The translations under genes were made by a program, and so were the position numbers. Of a stretch of 64,000 bases of DNA, positions 51,901 through 64,000 are shown in pieces (the stretch's first letter is position 1; each line of letters opens with the position of its first letter). Below the pieces are notes generated by a model. It did not search any database. It was not told the DNA's origin and saw nothing but the letters and a program-made list of their open reading frames with translations. This stretch comes from Dipteris shenzhenensis (lineage: Eukaryota): NCBI GenBank assembly GCA_047967505.1, contig CM106538.1; one strand, written 5' to 3'.

Positions 51901-53285
51901 AATGTGTTGTACAATTTTCCCAAGTACAACTTTCTCAAAGAAATGACGTAGGAGGGATTTTGCTTTTGCCTCCAATCCTTCAACGACACATATGGCTCAG
52001 TGCCAGATCCTACCGTCATTGCTGCCGTCCATTTCAACCACCTCCTCTTACTCCTCTGCGATCTTCCTGCCCATAGCTGCCCCATCGATGACCGCATCCA
52101 CAATATGAACAACCAGATTGTCCTCAACCCTGATGTCGGTCCGACTCAAATCTAGGACCTTCGCCTCTACCTCTGCATCTGCAATCTCCATGAGCATCAC
52201 CTCCACACTTATGAGGATATGCATGCCACACATTTTTGGAGGTACCACACGTACCTCATTGCCTCACGTCATGACAACTGGACCGCTACACCATCTTTCG
52301 GTCAGTCCTCACCACCACCACTCTAGCGCGGTTGACTTGAGGACAGATCAGCAATAGGAAAGGGGGCATGTTAACATCCACAGAGTACAACCGCTGAATG
52401 ATTGGGTACTCAATAAGTAAAGGTGTCCAAGCCGAATGATCTACTCAATGGACAAACTCAAGGGAGTTTGATACCGAAATACACCAAGGTCAATGATTAC
52501 AAGTAATGTGCACATGGAAGGAGTATAGTTCAAACTCAGGGAGTTTGATCCCCAAATACCCAAAGTCCGCTCCAAAGTCCAAGGATTCAAGGATTCCAGG
52601 CACAGACTATATGTTCCAGCTACCACACCAGGAACAAGGAGATGCACACTTCAGGTCCACATCCACGGAAGTACAAGGAGTGCAAGCGACGTGCACTTTT
52701 CAGCTCCACATCCATGAAAATAGCCATGCCAATGAAAATAGCCATGAAAGGAGTATAGCTCAAAATCAGGGAGTTTGATCCCCAAATATTCCGAAGCAAA
52801 GGTTTCCAGGCAACATGCAGGGTTGTCATGGGGTGTCTTGCGGATGTTAAGCCTCGCCACTCCAGGTTTTGAGCCTAGTTCATGGGGTTCAAACCACAAA
52901 TAGGTGAAGGTGTGAGGGTGCCCAGGGAGTTTGAGCCCCAAATCACCTAAGCATAGGAGTCATGAGGCTAACACAAGCGCTATTTAGGAGCCGGTTAGGA
53001 ACACCTTCTAATGCCAGGCTCGTCCCAAGTGCTTTAATATGGTTAACATAAGTGCTATTTTCGCTTGTAGGGAGAGATGGTAAAAATAGCAATATGTCTA
53101 GGCACCATACAGGCCCAAGAGCCCTGTGTTGTTAAAGAGAGGGAGAGTGCTAAAAAGGAAAAGGGTTGGCCCTCCCTTCAACAAAAGGTGACTTGTATAA
53201 AAGACCAAATGGTTGACTTTGGTCTTCATTGTTGTTTGCACCAAGTCAAATACAAGCTCCCTCTTCTCTTCCAAGAGAGTGTTTT
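45933..53285 (+). mobile_element. Disrupted LTR retroelement with ~0.9-kb LTRs (45933-~46840 and 52369-~53285), probably Gypsy; no recognisable gag-pol left
   Basis: Both repeats start TGTTAACATCCACAGAGTACA; PPT AATAGGAAAGGGGGCA precedes the second; right LTR is interrupted by a Copia. Confidence 0.75.
47718..49221 (-). mobile_element. 5'-truncated Copia (RT-RNase H plus 149-bp 3' LTR 47718-47866), related to the element at 269-6156
   Basis: ORF 48023-49015 (LYVDDML, GYADADFVG); PPT TTTAAGTGGGAGGT then TG, identical to the first element. Confidence 0.9.
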
Positions 53286-56200
53286 TGTGAAGAGAGTGGG
53301 AGAGAAGTAAGGAGTCTCACTTGCAGCTTTCTCATATACACAATGGGGGAATATACACAAAGGTGGAGGGCTGAAAATAATTTTCCTCTTCTTAGTTGTG
53401 AAAGCCAAAAGAATTCTCTCTAAGTACAAAAGGAATAGGTGAACCCTATATGTGGGTCTCAAACCAAACTCAGCTAACTAAGGTGGCGTACTAACTGAGC
53501 TACTAACTAGAGTACATAAAGGTAGCTGTCATCCAGCTATTATTCATGGGTGGTGTACTAGACGCATCTGTAGCTAACAAGTCGGTGACATAAATGCACA
53601 ACAGTCACCCTGGCATATCACGAGTGGAGCTCGATATCTCAACACTCCCCCTCGAGCTCAATCCCAATTCCTGCACACCAAGCAGGTCTCTGAACTTGTG
53701 CAGCTTCTCTACACCCAATGCCTTCATGAATATGTCAGCTACCTGATCCTTTGTGCTGACATAAACTAGATTACTAAAACCTACTAGAACCTTCTCCTAC
53801 ATGTAGTGATAATGCACCTCAATGTGCTTTGTTCTAGCATGATAGACTGGGTTATTTGCCAAGTGTATATTGCTCATGTTGTCACAATAAATGACAACTG
53901 GCCCATCTGTAGACTGATGCATATCATAAAGTAGCTTATACACCAAGCTGCCTCACATGCAGCCATTGTTGCACCCCTGTACTCAGCCTTTGTGCTCGAC
54001 AAGGCAACGGTAGGCTGTTTCTTGCTGCTCCAAGTGATTGCAGCACTCCCAAAAGAGCACATATCCACTAGTAGATTGTCTATCACAAATACTACCAGCC
54101 CAATCAGCATCAGTGTATCCATGCAACTGTATCTGAACCTCAGTCTCATAAAATACTATATACTGCAATGTGGACTTCACATACCTCAGTATGCATCTAG
54201 CTGCATCCAAATGCGGTTTCCTTGGAGCCTGCATAAACTAACTTACCAACCCAACAACATAGCTCAAATCTGGCCTGGTAATAGTCATATAAATCAAACT
54301 TCCTACTATGCATCTGTACATAGTAGGGTCTTCCAGAAGCTCACCTGCATTTGCGCTCAACTTCACATTCTACTCCAAAGGAGCTGAAATAGGCTTATAG
54401 CCTGTCATCCCATATTTGGACAACATGTCCAATCCATATTGCCTGTGCAAGAGCCATATCCCAATTGTGGATCTAATCACCTCAATGCCCAAGAAGTAAC
54501 ATAGCTCTCCCAAATCCTTCATCTCAAACTTCTGCTTCAATAGCATTTTCACATGAAGGATATCTTCATCACTATGACCTGTGATGATCAAATCATCAAC
54601 ATAAATGATAAGTAGCATATTGCCTTTCTCTATTTTTTTGACATAAAGAGAAATCTGCCTTGGAAATCTGAAAGCCAATAGTGACAAGATACTGTCCTAT
54701 CTTGTTAGACCATGCTCTAGATGCTTGCTTCAAGCCATACAAGGCTTTCTTCAACCTCCTGCAAACAAACTCGGGATGGACAGCATGAACATAACCTGGT
54801 GGCTACTCCATATAGACCTCTTTTTGCAAATCACCATGCAAGAAAGCATTCTTTACATCCATCTGATGTAAAGACCATCCCTTTGATGCAGCCATAGAAT
54901 GACTGCTCTTACGGTTGCCATCCTTGCAACCGGACTGAATGTTTCTTCATAATCAATGCCATATGTCTGTGCATACCCCTTGACAACTAATCTTACCTTG
55001 TATCTGTTCATAGAACCATCTGCATTGTGCTTCACCTTATAGACCCACTTGCAGCCAATTGCATTCTTGTCTTTAGGAAAAGGCATCAATTCACATGTAG
55101 CATCTGCTTCCAAGGCATCCATTTCTTCATCCATGGCTTTCTCCCATTTTTCTTTTTCCATGGCTTGCTCAAAAGAAGTGGGTTCTGGTTCATGTATCAC
55201 TTTGACCATATAGGCATAGTGAATGGCTGTAAATCCATCATATTTCACCTATCCACAATATACCTAGCTCTGGTAGACTTGCGCAAAATAGGCTCACTAC
55301 CAGGTGCTCTCAAAATGTCCCTTGTCTTCCTTACTCTAGGTGTAACAATAGAAGGAATACCCAACTCATCATCAAGGCTCTGTTCTGAGCCATTGGATTC
55401 ACCATCCACATAAGGGTGACCTGCATTCACATCAAACATGGGCTGATCTACTTTCTCTTTTCCTTTTTGTGATACTTGCATACCACTATCTGCATTGCTT
55501 TGAGGAGATCCTCCTAATCTCAATCTCCCTGTCCATGGTGAAGTATGTGAACCACTGCTAGAGAGCATACCATTATCTGCATTGCTTTGAGGAGATCCTC
55601 CTAATCTCAATCTCCCTATCCATGGTGAAGTATGTGAACCACTACTAGAGAACACTATAGGTCCACTAATATTTTGTGATTGCTGCTGTGAATTCTGTGC
55701 AGCATTACCATTTTGTGCATCTACATATACCAGCTTCTCATCTCATAAAAAACAACATCTCTGCTCACTGTAAACTTAGGAGTAGAAGGGTTATAGCATC
55801 TATCCCCTTTTTGCTGCAGCAAATAACCAATAAAGATGCACTTCTCAGGCTTTGGATCCACTTGGATCTCAACTCATCTGGCACATGAACATAGGCAATG
55901 CAACCAAAAAACTTTCAAATGAGAAATATCTGGTTTCCTACTAGTATATCTCTCCTATGGCATCATGCCATGTATTGTTGCAGTGGGAGTCCTGTTCATT
56001 ATGTAGACTATTGTAGCAACTACTTCAGCACAATAACAATCTGGCAGGTATTTTTCGTTATGGCAAGAGATACCTCTCCAATATGCCCGTTTTTCCTTTC
56101 TACAAGTCCATTTTGCTTTGGGGTATGACTGCATGAATATTGCTACTTTATGCCATGCTCCTGCAGGAACCTTGCAAACTCATTTGAGAGGTACTCCCCC

Positions 56201-57364
56201 CCTCCATCTGACCTTAGGCATTTTTTTTGCAAGCCTGTTCCTTTTTAAACCATAGCTTTCAAAGCTTTGAAATGCCCAAACACTTCACTTTTCTTTTTCA
56301 TAAAATACACCCAAACTTTTTTGCTATAGTCATCAATAAAAGTGACAAAGTAATGACAACCTCCAATAGATGTAGCTTTAGTAGTCCACACATCAAAGTG
56401 GATTAATCCCAATGACCTCTTACTCTCTCGAACATGTCTAGAAAATGGTTTCCTTGCCTATTTTCCAAATTGACAGGCTTCACATACCTTTTGCATTTCT
56501 GTAACCTTGAACTTAGGCAATCCTGCAAGATTTTTCTGGGCCTGCATTGATTCAAGTTACTGTACATTAACATGACCAATGCGTTTATGCCATATATCAA
56601 TATCTGCAACTACACTGGTCCCATGTGCAAATGCTGCTACACTCAATTCAGGCATGTCCGCATCCAACGTAAACATCCTGCCCTTCTTCTTCCCTTTTGC
56701 TATCAAGTGACCTTTATTTTTCATATCCTCAACAAAGCATCCATGAGGATAAAATCTGACCTACAAGCCGTGCTCAACCATTTGACCAACAGAAACTAGG
56801 TTCTTGGTGATATTCAGAACATGAAATACATTAGACAGGTATTTCTTTTTCCCATCTTGCATAGACAAAGGAATTTTACCAATCTGCACAATAGGATGTG
56901 TACTATCATAACCAGTCTCCACAAATTCTGGTATTTCCATTTTCCTTGCATCCTACATCCATTCTACATGACCTGTCATGTGGTTTGATGCACCTGAGTC
57001 AACATACCACACATCATTGCTTTCTTCTGCACTCATCACAGAATTGGTCATGTGTTGCACCATAAACAAATGCTCATTTCTGTCATCACCCTGTCTACTA
57101 GAGGATGCATAATTGCCTTGCTCCAATTTTTCAGTCATGATGTCATTCTACTTTCTATAGTAGTCTTTAACCATATGACCCATTTTACCATAGTAGTAGC
57201 ATTCAACATTGTTGTTTCCATTTTTGCCTCTCTGCCATCCACCACAACCTCTTTGGCTCCCCCTACCTCTAAAGTTACCATGTCCTCCTCCATGGCACTA
57301 GTTTTCTTCAATTTGCTACATATTCTGATTTTTGCCACGGCTTCTAGATCGGCCTGCTCTACCT
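53286..57364 (-). mobile_element. Degenerate Copia (3' LTR 53286-53644; RH, RT, IN, PR and partial gag)
   Basis: WYVDSGASNHMTG, WVYKVKH...YKVRLVVKG, IYVDDLII, GYTDADWAG; PPT GAGGGGGAG; many stops and frameshifts. Confidence 0.9.
55481..55654 (-). repeat. 87-bp in-frame tandem duplication in the IN-RT linker
   Basis: SSSGSHTSPW.GRLRLGGSPQSNAD.GM occurs twice. Confidence 0.85.
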
Positions 57365-58990
57365 TGTGAAGATAGTGGGAGAGAGGGAGAGGTCTCACTT
57401 GTGGCTTTCTCACATACATAATGGGGGAATACACACAAAGGTGGAGGCTGAAAACAGTTTTCCTCTTCTTAGTTGTGAAAGCCAAAAGAACTCTAGTACA
57501 AAGAAATAGAAGAACCCTATATGTGGGTCTCAAACAAAACTCAGCTAACTAAGGTCACATACTAATTGAGCCACGAACTAGAGTACATAAGGATAGCTGT
57601 CATCTAACTATTAGTCATGGGCGGTGTACCAACCGCATCTGCAGCTAACAAGTCGGTGACATAAATGCACAACGGTTACCCTAGCATATCACGAGTGGAG
57701 CTCGATATCTCAACACTCCCCCTCGAGCTCAATCCCAATTCCTGCACACCAAGCAGGTCTCTGAACTTGCGCAGCTTCTCTACACCCAATGCCTTCCTGA
57801 ATATGTCAGCTACCTGATCCTTTGTGCTGACATAAACTAGATCAATAAAATCTATTAGAACCTTCTCCTACACATAGTGATAATGCACCTCAATGTGCTT
57901 TGTTCTAGCATGATAGACTGGGTTATTTGCCAAGTGTATACTGCTCATGTTGTCACAATAAATGACAACTGGCCCACTGATGCATATCATAAAGTAGCTT
58001 ATGCAACCAAGCTGCCTCACATGCAGCCATTGCTGCACCCCTATACTCAGCCTCTGTGCTCAACAAGGCAATTGTAGGCTATTTCTTGCTACTCCAAGTG
58101 ACTGCAGCACTCCCAAAAGAGAATACATATCCACTGGTAGATCGTCTATCACAAATACTACCAGCCCAATCAGCATCAGTGTATCCATGCAACTGTATCT
58201 GAACCTCGGTCTCATAAAATACTCCATACTGCAATGTGGACTTCACATACCTGAGTGTGTGTCTAGCTGCATCCAAATTTCCTTGGAGCGTGCATAAACT
58301 AACTTACCAATCCAACAGCATAGCTCAAATCTGGCCTGGTAATAGTCATATAAATCAAACTTCCTACTATGTGTCTGTTCATAGTAGGGTCTTCCAGAAG
58401 CTCACCTGCATCTGCGCTCAGCTTCACATTCTACTCCAAAGGAACTAAAATAGTCTTACAGCCTGTCATCCCATATTTGGACAGCATGTCCAATCCATAT
58501 TACCTCTGCAAGAGCCGTATCCCACTTGGTGATCTAATCACCTCAATGCCCAAGAAATAATGTAGCTCTCCCAAATCCTTCATCTCAAACTTCTGCTTCA
58601 ATAGCATTTTCATATGAAGGATATCTTCATCACTATCACCTACCTTTCTACAAGTCCATTTTGCTGTGGGGTATGACTGCATGAATATTGCTGCTTTATG
58701 CCATGCTCCTGCAGGACTTTGCAAGCTCATTTGAGAGGTACTCTCCCCCTCCATCTGACCTTAGGCATTTTATTTGCAGGCCTGTTTCTTTTTCAACCAT
58801 AGCTTTAAAAGCTTTGAAATGCCCAAACACTTCACTTTTCTTTTTCATAAAATACACCCAAACTTTTCTGCTATAGTCATCAATAAAAGTGATAAAATAA
58901 TGACACCCTCCAATAGATGCAGCTTTAGCGCATTCTTTGAATTAGAGTGACAGAAGTATGTATATGCTTGCTCAATGTCAAGCTGTTGAA
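57365..58990 (-). mobile_element. Second copy of the same Copia family (3' LTR 57365-57715), internally deleted and 5'-truncated
   Basis: LTR matches 53286-53644 and has its own PPT and RNase H; RT is fused to integrase at ~58641. Confidence 0.88.
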
Positions 58991-58996
58991 GCTTCA

Positions 58997-60400
58997 CATG
59001 GGTGGGAAAGAGAGAAAGAAAGAGAGGAAAAGAGAGGAAAAAAGAGAGGGAAAGAGAGGGGAAAAGAGAGGAAAAGGAGGAGAAAAAAGAGAGAAAAAGA
59101 GAGGAGAGAAGAGAGAAAAAGAGAGGAAAAAAGAGAAGGAAAGAGAGGATGAAAAAAGAGAGAAAAGAGGATGAAAGAGAGGGGAAAAGAGAGGGAAAAA
59201 GAAGAGAAGGAAGAGGGGAAAAGAGATGGAAAAAAGACAGGGGGAAAGAAGAAAAAATAGAAAAAAAGAGAGGGGAAAAAGAGAAAAAGAGAGAAAGCAT
59301 ATGCTCATGCATAAGCATAAGCATATGAGCATAAGCATATGCAAATCAATATGCTTATGAAAAGAGAGAAACGAGGATGAAAAAGAGGGGAAAAGACAAG
59401 GAAAAAGAAGAGGAGGAGGGGAGAAGAGAAGGAAAAAAGAGAGGGGAAAAGAAGAAAAGAGAGGGGGAAAAGAGAAAAAGAGAGAAAGCATACGCTTATG
59501 CCTATGCATGAGCATATGAGCATATGTGCATGCATAAGCCTAAGCATATGAGCATATGCGCATGCATAAGCATAAGCATATGAGCATATGTGTATGCATA
59601 AGCATAAGCATAAGCATAAGCATACGCAAATGCATATGCTTATGAAAAGGGAGAAAAGAGGATGAAAGAGAGGGAAAAAGAAAAGAAGGAAGCAGGGAAA
59701 AGAGAAAGAAAAAAGAGAGGGGAAAGGACGAAAAGAGAGAAAACATATGCTTATGCTTATCCATGAGCATATGAGCATATGCTCATGCATAAGCATAAGC
59801 ATATAAAACATAAGCATACGCAAATGCATATGCTTATGAAAAGAGAGAAAAGAGGATGAAAGAGAGGGGAAAAGAGAGGGAAAAAGAAGAGAAGGAAGAG
59901 GGGAAAAGAGAAGGAAAAAAGAGAGGGGAGAAGAAGAAAAGAGAAAGAAAAAAGAGGGGAAAAAGAGAAAAAGAGAGAAAGCATATGCTTATGCTTATAT
60001 GAGCATATGCTCATGCATAAGCATAAGCATACGCAAATGCATATGCTTATGAAAAGAGAGAAAAGAGGATGAAGAGAGAGGGGAAAAGAAGAAAAGAGAG
60101 GAGAGGATGAAAAGAGAGGGGAAAAGAAGAAAAGAGAGGGGAAAAGAGAGAAGAGATGATGAAAGAGTGGAAGGAAAAGAGAGGATAAAAGAGAGAAAAA
60201 AGAGAGGGAAACGACAGGGGAGGAAAGCATAAGCATACATGAAAGAGAGGAAAAGAGAGGGGAGGAAGAAGAAGAAATAAGAGAGGGATGGAAAGAGGGG
60301 GGAAAGAGATTGGATTGAGGGGACAAGCATAAGCCTACAAACAAGGAGAAAGCATGAAAGGAAGGGAAAGATGAAGAAGACAAATACCAAAAAAAGAAGA
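58997..60400 (+). repeat. Compound repeat: long A/G tracts alternating with GCATAA/GCATAT/ATGCTT hexamer blocks
   Basis: Direct inspection; several alternations. Confidence 0.9.
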
Positions 60401-60885
60401 GGTGAGTCTTATTTCTTTCACCAAATCTCGTTTTTTGTCTTTAACTCTGAAAATCAAGCATGAAAATTAGCACATGGGCTTAGCAATGCCAGGAGAAACA
60501 TGTTTCAACACTCACAAAATGAAATCTCACAAAAAATGAACCTACATTGCTTAAAGAGACACACCTTATTGAAAAATGTCCTCACACAAGCAGAGAGGGA
60601 CAGGGATTACAAGAATTTGAGCGACTGCATTCGAGCGAGGAACTTCATAAATTTTGACATTCTAGTGTGATGTTTTATGTTCAAAAAGTAGTATTCATTG
60701 CTTACTTTTACAGTTTTTGTCCTACCCATGATATTGTGAGTAATCAATTGTCTTATAGACAAACAACAATTTTTGAAAATGTTTGGCAATGTTTTTCAAG
60801 GGTCAATGGAGGGGTGGAAGAAAGGGGTCAAAGTATCTATTTTTCTTGTGCAATTTCCATTTTCAAGGTAAAAGAATAATGGGAG

Positions 60886-60935
60886 GAGGAGCCTCCCTAG
60901 AGGCCGCGATATCGTGGCCTCTTGGGAGGCTCCTC
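60886..60935. repeat. 50-bp near-perfect GC-rich palindrome
   Basis: GAGGAGCCTCCCTAGAGGCCGCGAT|ATCGTGGCCTCTTGGGAGGCTCCTC. Confidence 0.85.
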
Positions 60936-61962
60936 TTGCCAATTTTATTTGGCCCATAATTTGGTCAATTGGACTCCAAATATGGTCATGTTTGTAGTAA
61001 AAAACGATTGGAATGATGTGAATGAATACATTTATCATGTTAAAGTGTCAAAATCCTAGATCTTTATAAAGTTTATACTTATCTTTGTTTTATGAGAGTC
61101 AGACCTTATCAAACTCTATATTTAATTATGACCATGGATTTTTCTCATATAGAGTCTGGGTCCTTGGTTTCCTCCCTCCATCCTAGAGGTGTATACATGG
61201 TCAAGGACATATGAAGGTGATCCATATTTAGTTAGCATCATCATGGTCATAAGGTGATCAATAATTTATTAGTTCCATATTTAAACATTTTATTCATGTG
61301 ATCATTTTGTGTACAAAATTGATCAAATCAAGTCGATAGCAAAAAAATTGATGAGCTATAAATAGTTGTTTGTGAGAGATTTTCCTGGGAGGAGCTTCTA
61401 TATCATCTATGGGACTATTGTTGCCATGTATGTAACTCCATAAAATAAAGAAACTTGTTCAACTCACGTGCTACCTTACATGATTTTGAGTGATCGCCTT
61501 GAGGTGTAGACATTGTAACATTTTTCCTTTTGTATCTATTGAATGATTGCTAACTTGCATGTATTTATTATTTATTGAAGAATAGGTTTTCTCTTTGTAT
61601 GTTGCCAAGAATTTTCCATTTGGTATTCATTGAATGATTGCTGACTTACATGGATTTATGAGTTATCCAATAGTAAGTTTAATCTTTGTAAGTTGCCAAC
61701 AATCATACAAAAAATAATTTAAAACAATCTGTAATAGTGTCATGTAGATTCAACCATTTTTACTAAAAATTTATTGCTTCTACAGGTTTAGACAAAGTTC
61801 CTCATAAGTGTCGCTCAAACTTTGGGCTCACTCGAACGCAGTCGCTCAATGTTTTGACTTACCCGGGATGACAAGGATGGAGAGGTAGCACAAGTGTTGG
61901 GAGAGGGGCTAGGTAGGGGTGAGGAGTGTGGGGAAGAGGTTGGAGGAAAGTAAGATCGCCAA

Positions 61963-62260
61963 ATATAACGAAGGAGCACAGATTTTTTCTTTTCTCGCAA
62001 TAGAGTTATGAAGGGCGGCATCACATGGGGTTTCAGGTTTTAACCCCTAGCATCGCTATATAGCGACGCTAGTCAGTTGCGATATAGTGATGTTGTATAT
62101 CTTGCATCATATAACGAAGGAGGAGAGATTTTTTTTTCTCGCAATAGAGTTGTGAAGGGTGGCATCATGTGGGGTTTCGAGTTTTAGCCTCCAACATCGC
62201 TATATAGCCATGCTGGTGAGTCACTATATAGCAATGTTGTATATCCTAGAAGCATCACTA
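61963..62260. repeat. ~146-bp tandem duplication with CGCTATATAG motifs
   Basis: ataacgaaggag...tctcgcaatagagtt.tgaaggg.ggcatca occurs twice. Confidence 0.8.
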
Positions 62261-62679
62261 TATAGTGATGGAATAGGGTATAACATCACTATGTAGTGAT
62301 GGTTCAGGACACTAAATCTAACAAGAGAAGGAAGGAGCTCATGGGTGGCTATTTTTTGGATCTTAATGGATTTCCTTGCATTTTGTGTTGTGATTTTGGA
62401 GATGTGCAAATGGAAGGGACGAATCAGATGATCTGTCAATGTCCGGGAGCATAGAGTGACTTACGGAGAGGTTGTATTATTATTGCACTCATTGCAAGCG
62501 AGAAGTATAATATCAACACTGTATTGTCATGCGCCACTTACGGATGTATGGGGAGGAGCCTGCACCAGTACCCACCATTGGTGGTGCACGTGGTGATGGA
62601 TCATTAGTAAGTCAATGCTATTTGAGTTCGTGAATATTGCATGCGTACACGAAACGAAACCTTGAGACAAGATCTTATA

Positions 62680-63603
62680 TTTACAAAGGATGGTACTATG
62701 CGTTTATGCATAGATTACTGAGTACTAAATAAAATCACCATAAAAAATAAGTATCCTATGCCTTGCATTGATGAGCTCTTTGATCAATTGCAAGGGGCAA
62801 AATACTTTACTAAAATTGATTTAAATTCAAGATATCACCAAGTACGAATTAGGGAAGAGGATGTCCCTAAGACATCATTTCGTACTAGGTATGGGCATTA
62901 TCAATTTAAAGCAATGCCATTTGGATTAACAAATGCTCTAGCAACTTTCATGACACTTATGATGAATAGTGTCTTAAGGCCATATCTAGGGAAATTTACT
63001 ATAGCATTTTTAGATGATATCCTTATTTATAGTAAAACTAGGAAAAAGCATTTGGAAAATTTGCAAAAAGTGTTCCAGCTACTTAGAGATAATTCACTCT
63101 TTGCTAAAGAATCCAAATGTGAATTCTTTGCAAAAGAATTAAAATACTTGGGACATATAATATCCCAAGAATGGGTTCATTTGGACCCTGACAAAGTAAG
63201 AGCCATATTGGAATCCTACAAATCTAGAAGAATTACAGATATTCTTAGGTTTGTTAGGATTCTCTAGGAGATTCATCTAGGATTATGCTAAGATTGTTGT
63301 TCCAATGATGGACTAGCTTAAGGTGAAGGGAAGCACAATCATAACCTCAAAAGAGAAGTTTCGAAAAATTAAAAGTAGCTATAGTACCAGCTCCTGTCTT
63401 AAAAGTAGTGGATCCCAATGAACCATTCATGGTTGAGACAGATGCTAGTGATTTTGCTGTTGGATGGTACTTTTACAAAAAGCTTGACCAGTGGCTTTTG
63501 AAAGCAAAAAGTTAGATCATGCCAAATGGAATTACTAGCCATATGAGAAGGAACTATATGCTATAGTCTATGCTTTAGAAAAGTGGAGGAACTACTTATA
63601 TGC
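62680..63603 (+). pseudogene. Ty3/Gypsy reverse transcriptase-RNase H fragment
   Basis: CIDY*VLNKITIKNKYPMP.IDELFDQL, KIDL.S.YHQ, MPFGLTNA, FLDDILIYS, VETDASDFAVG; frameshifts; abrupt ends. Confidence 0.92.
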
Positions 63604-64000
63604 CTGGGGGATTCACTCTTCATTAAAGGGGGACGTCACCTGCGTGCATGAACTTCAAGAAAACCCCCTATTTAAGATCCACGTAGGATGATAAAACACC
63701 CCTATTTAAGCTTATAAGATACCACCAAAATTCCATTATGTCCCCCCCTTTCCTTAAATCTACATTCTTTCTCAAGCATTTACATTACACAATAAGCAAA
63801 TTTAGGTTACTTTCCCTATCACTATTTAAAACCATACACAAAATCAAACTTGTTTGGACTAGTTACCCAAGGTAACCTATATTATGTCCCCCCTTCTGAA
63901 ACATGACATGGTCCCCCTAGCTTAAATTCAATATTGGGGAAAAAAAAAGGGCCCCCACCCCTAATGTATAAGCTTATGCCTCATTTCAAAAAAACCCCCT

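Noticed and set aside
58845-60390. Phe/Leu/Ser-rich membrane-like and Lys/Arg/Glu-rich ORFs
   Set aside because: Low-complexity purine-tract artefacts
63604-64000. Possible new element interrupting the Gypsy fragment
   Set aside because: Abrupt change is visible, but the other end lies outside the window, so no TIR or TSD can be shown

Overview
Eukaryotic land-plant genomic DNA (spliceosomal introns, Ty1/Copia and Ty3/Gypsy elements, microsatellites; a non-seed plant such as a fern is my guess only). The window is almost entirely nested transposable elements around one intact host gene, a 4-exon secreted Cys-rich PAR1-family gene (32876-33838, minus). From left to right: a young full-length Copia (269-6156; 169-bp LTRs differing at one site; GAGGT TSD); a decayed Sola-like DDD transposase (~10.8-14.6 kb); a family of non-autonomous TIR elements ending in ATTAGGGGAG; a ~7.1-kb tandem duplication (~17975-24940 / ~25124-32054); the PAR1 gene; a complete 7.76-kb CACTA/EnSpm-superfamily transposon (35524-43280); an LTR nest (45.9-59.0 kb); a purine/GCAT compound repeat; and a Gypsy RT fragment. 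The CACTA-type element is the most unusual object. It has CACAA termini, an ATA TSD and two divergent intron-containing genes (an 8-exon transposase and a TnpA-like accessory gene), and arrays of a TAGACGCG motif occur both at its ends and between the two genes. All family assignments are from motif recognition by eye; no database searches were run.
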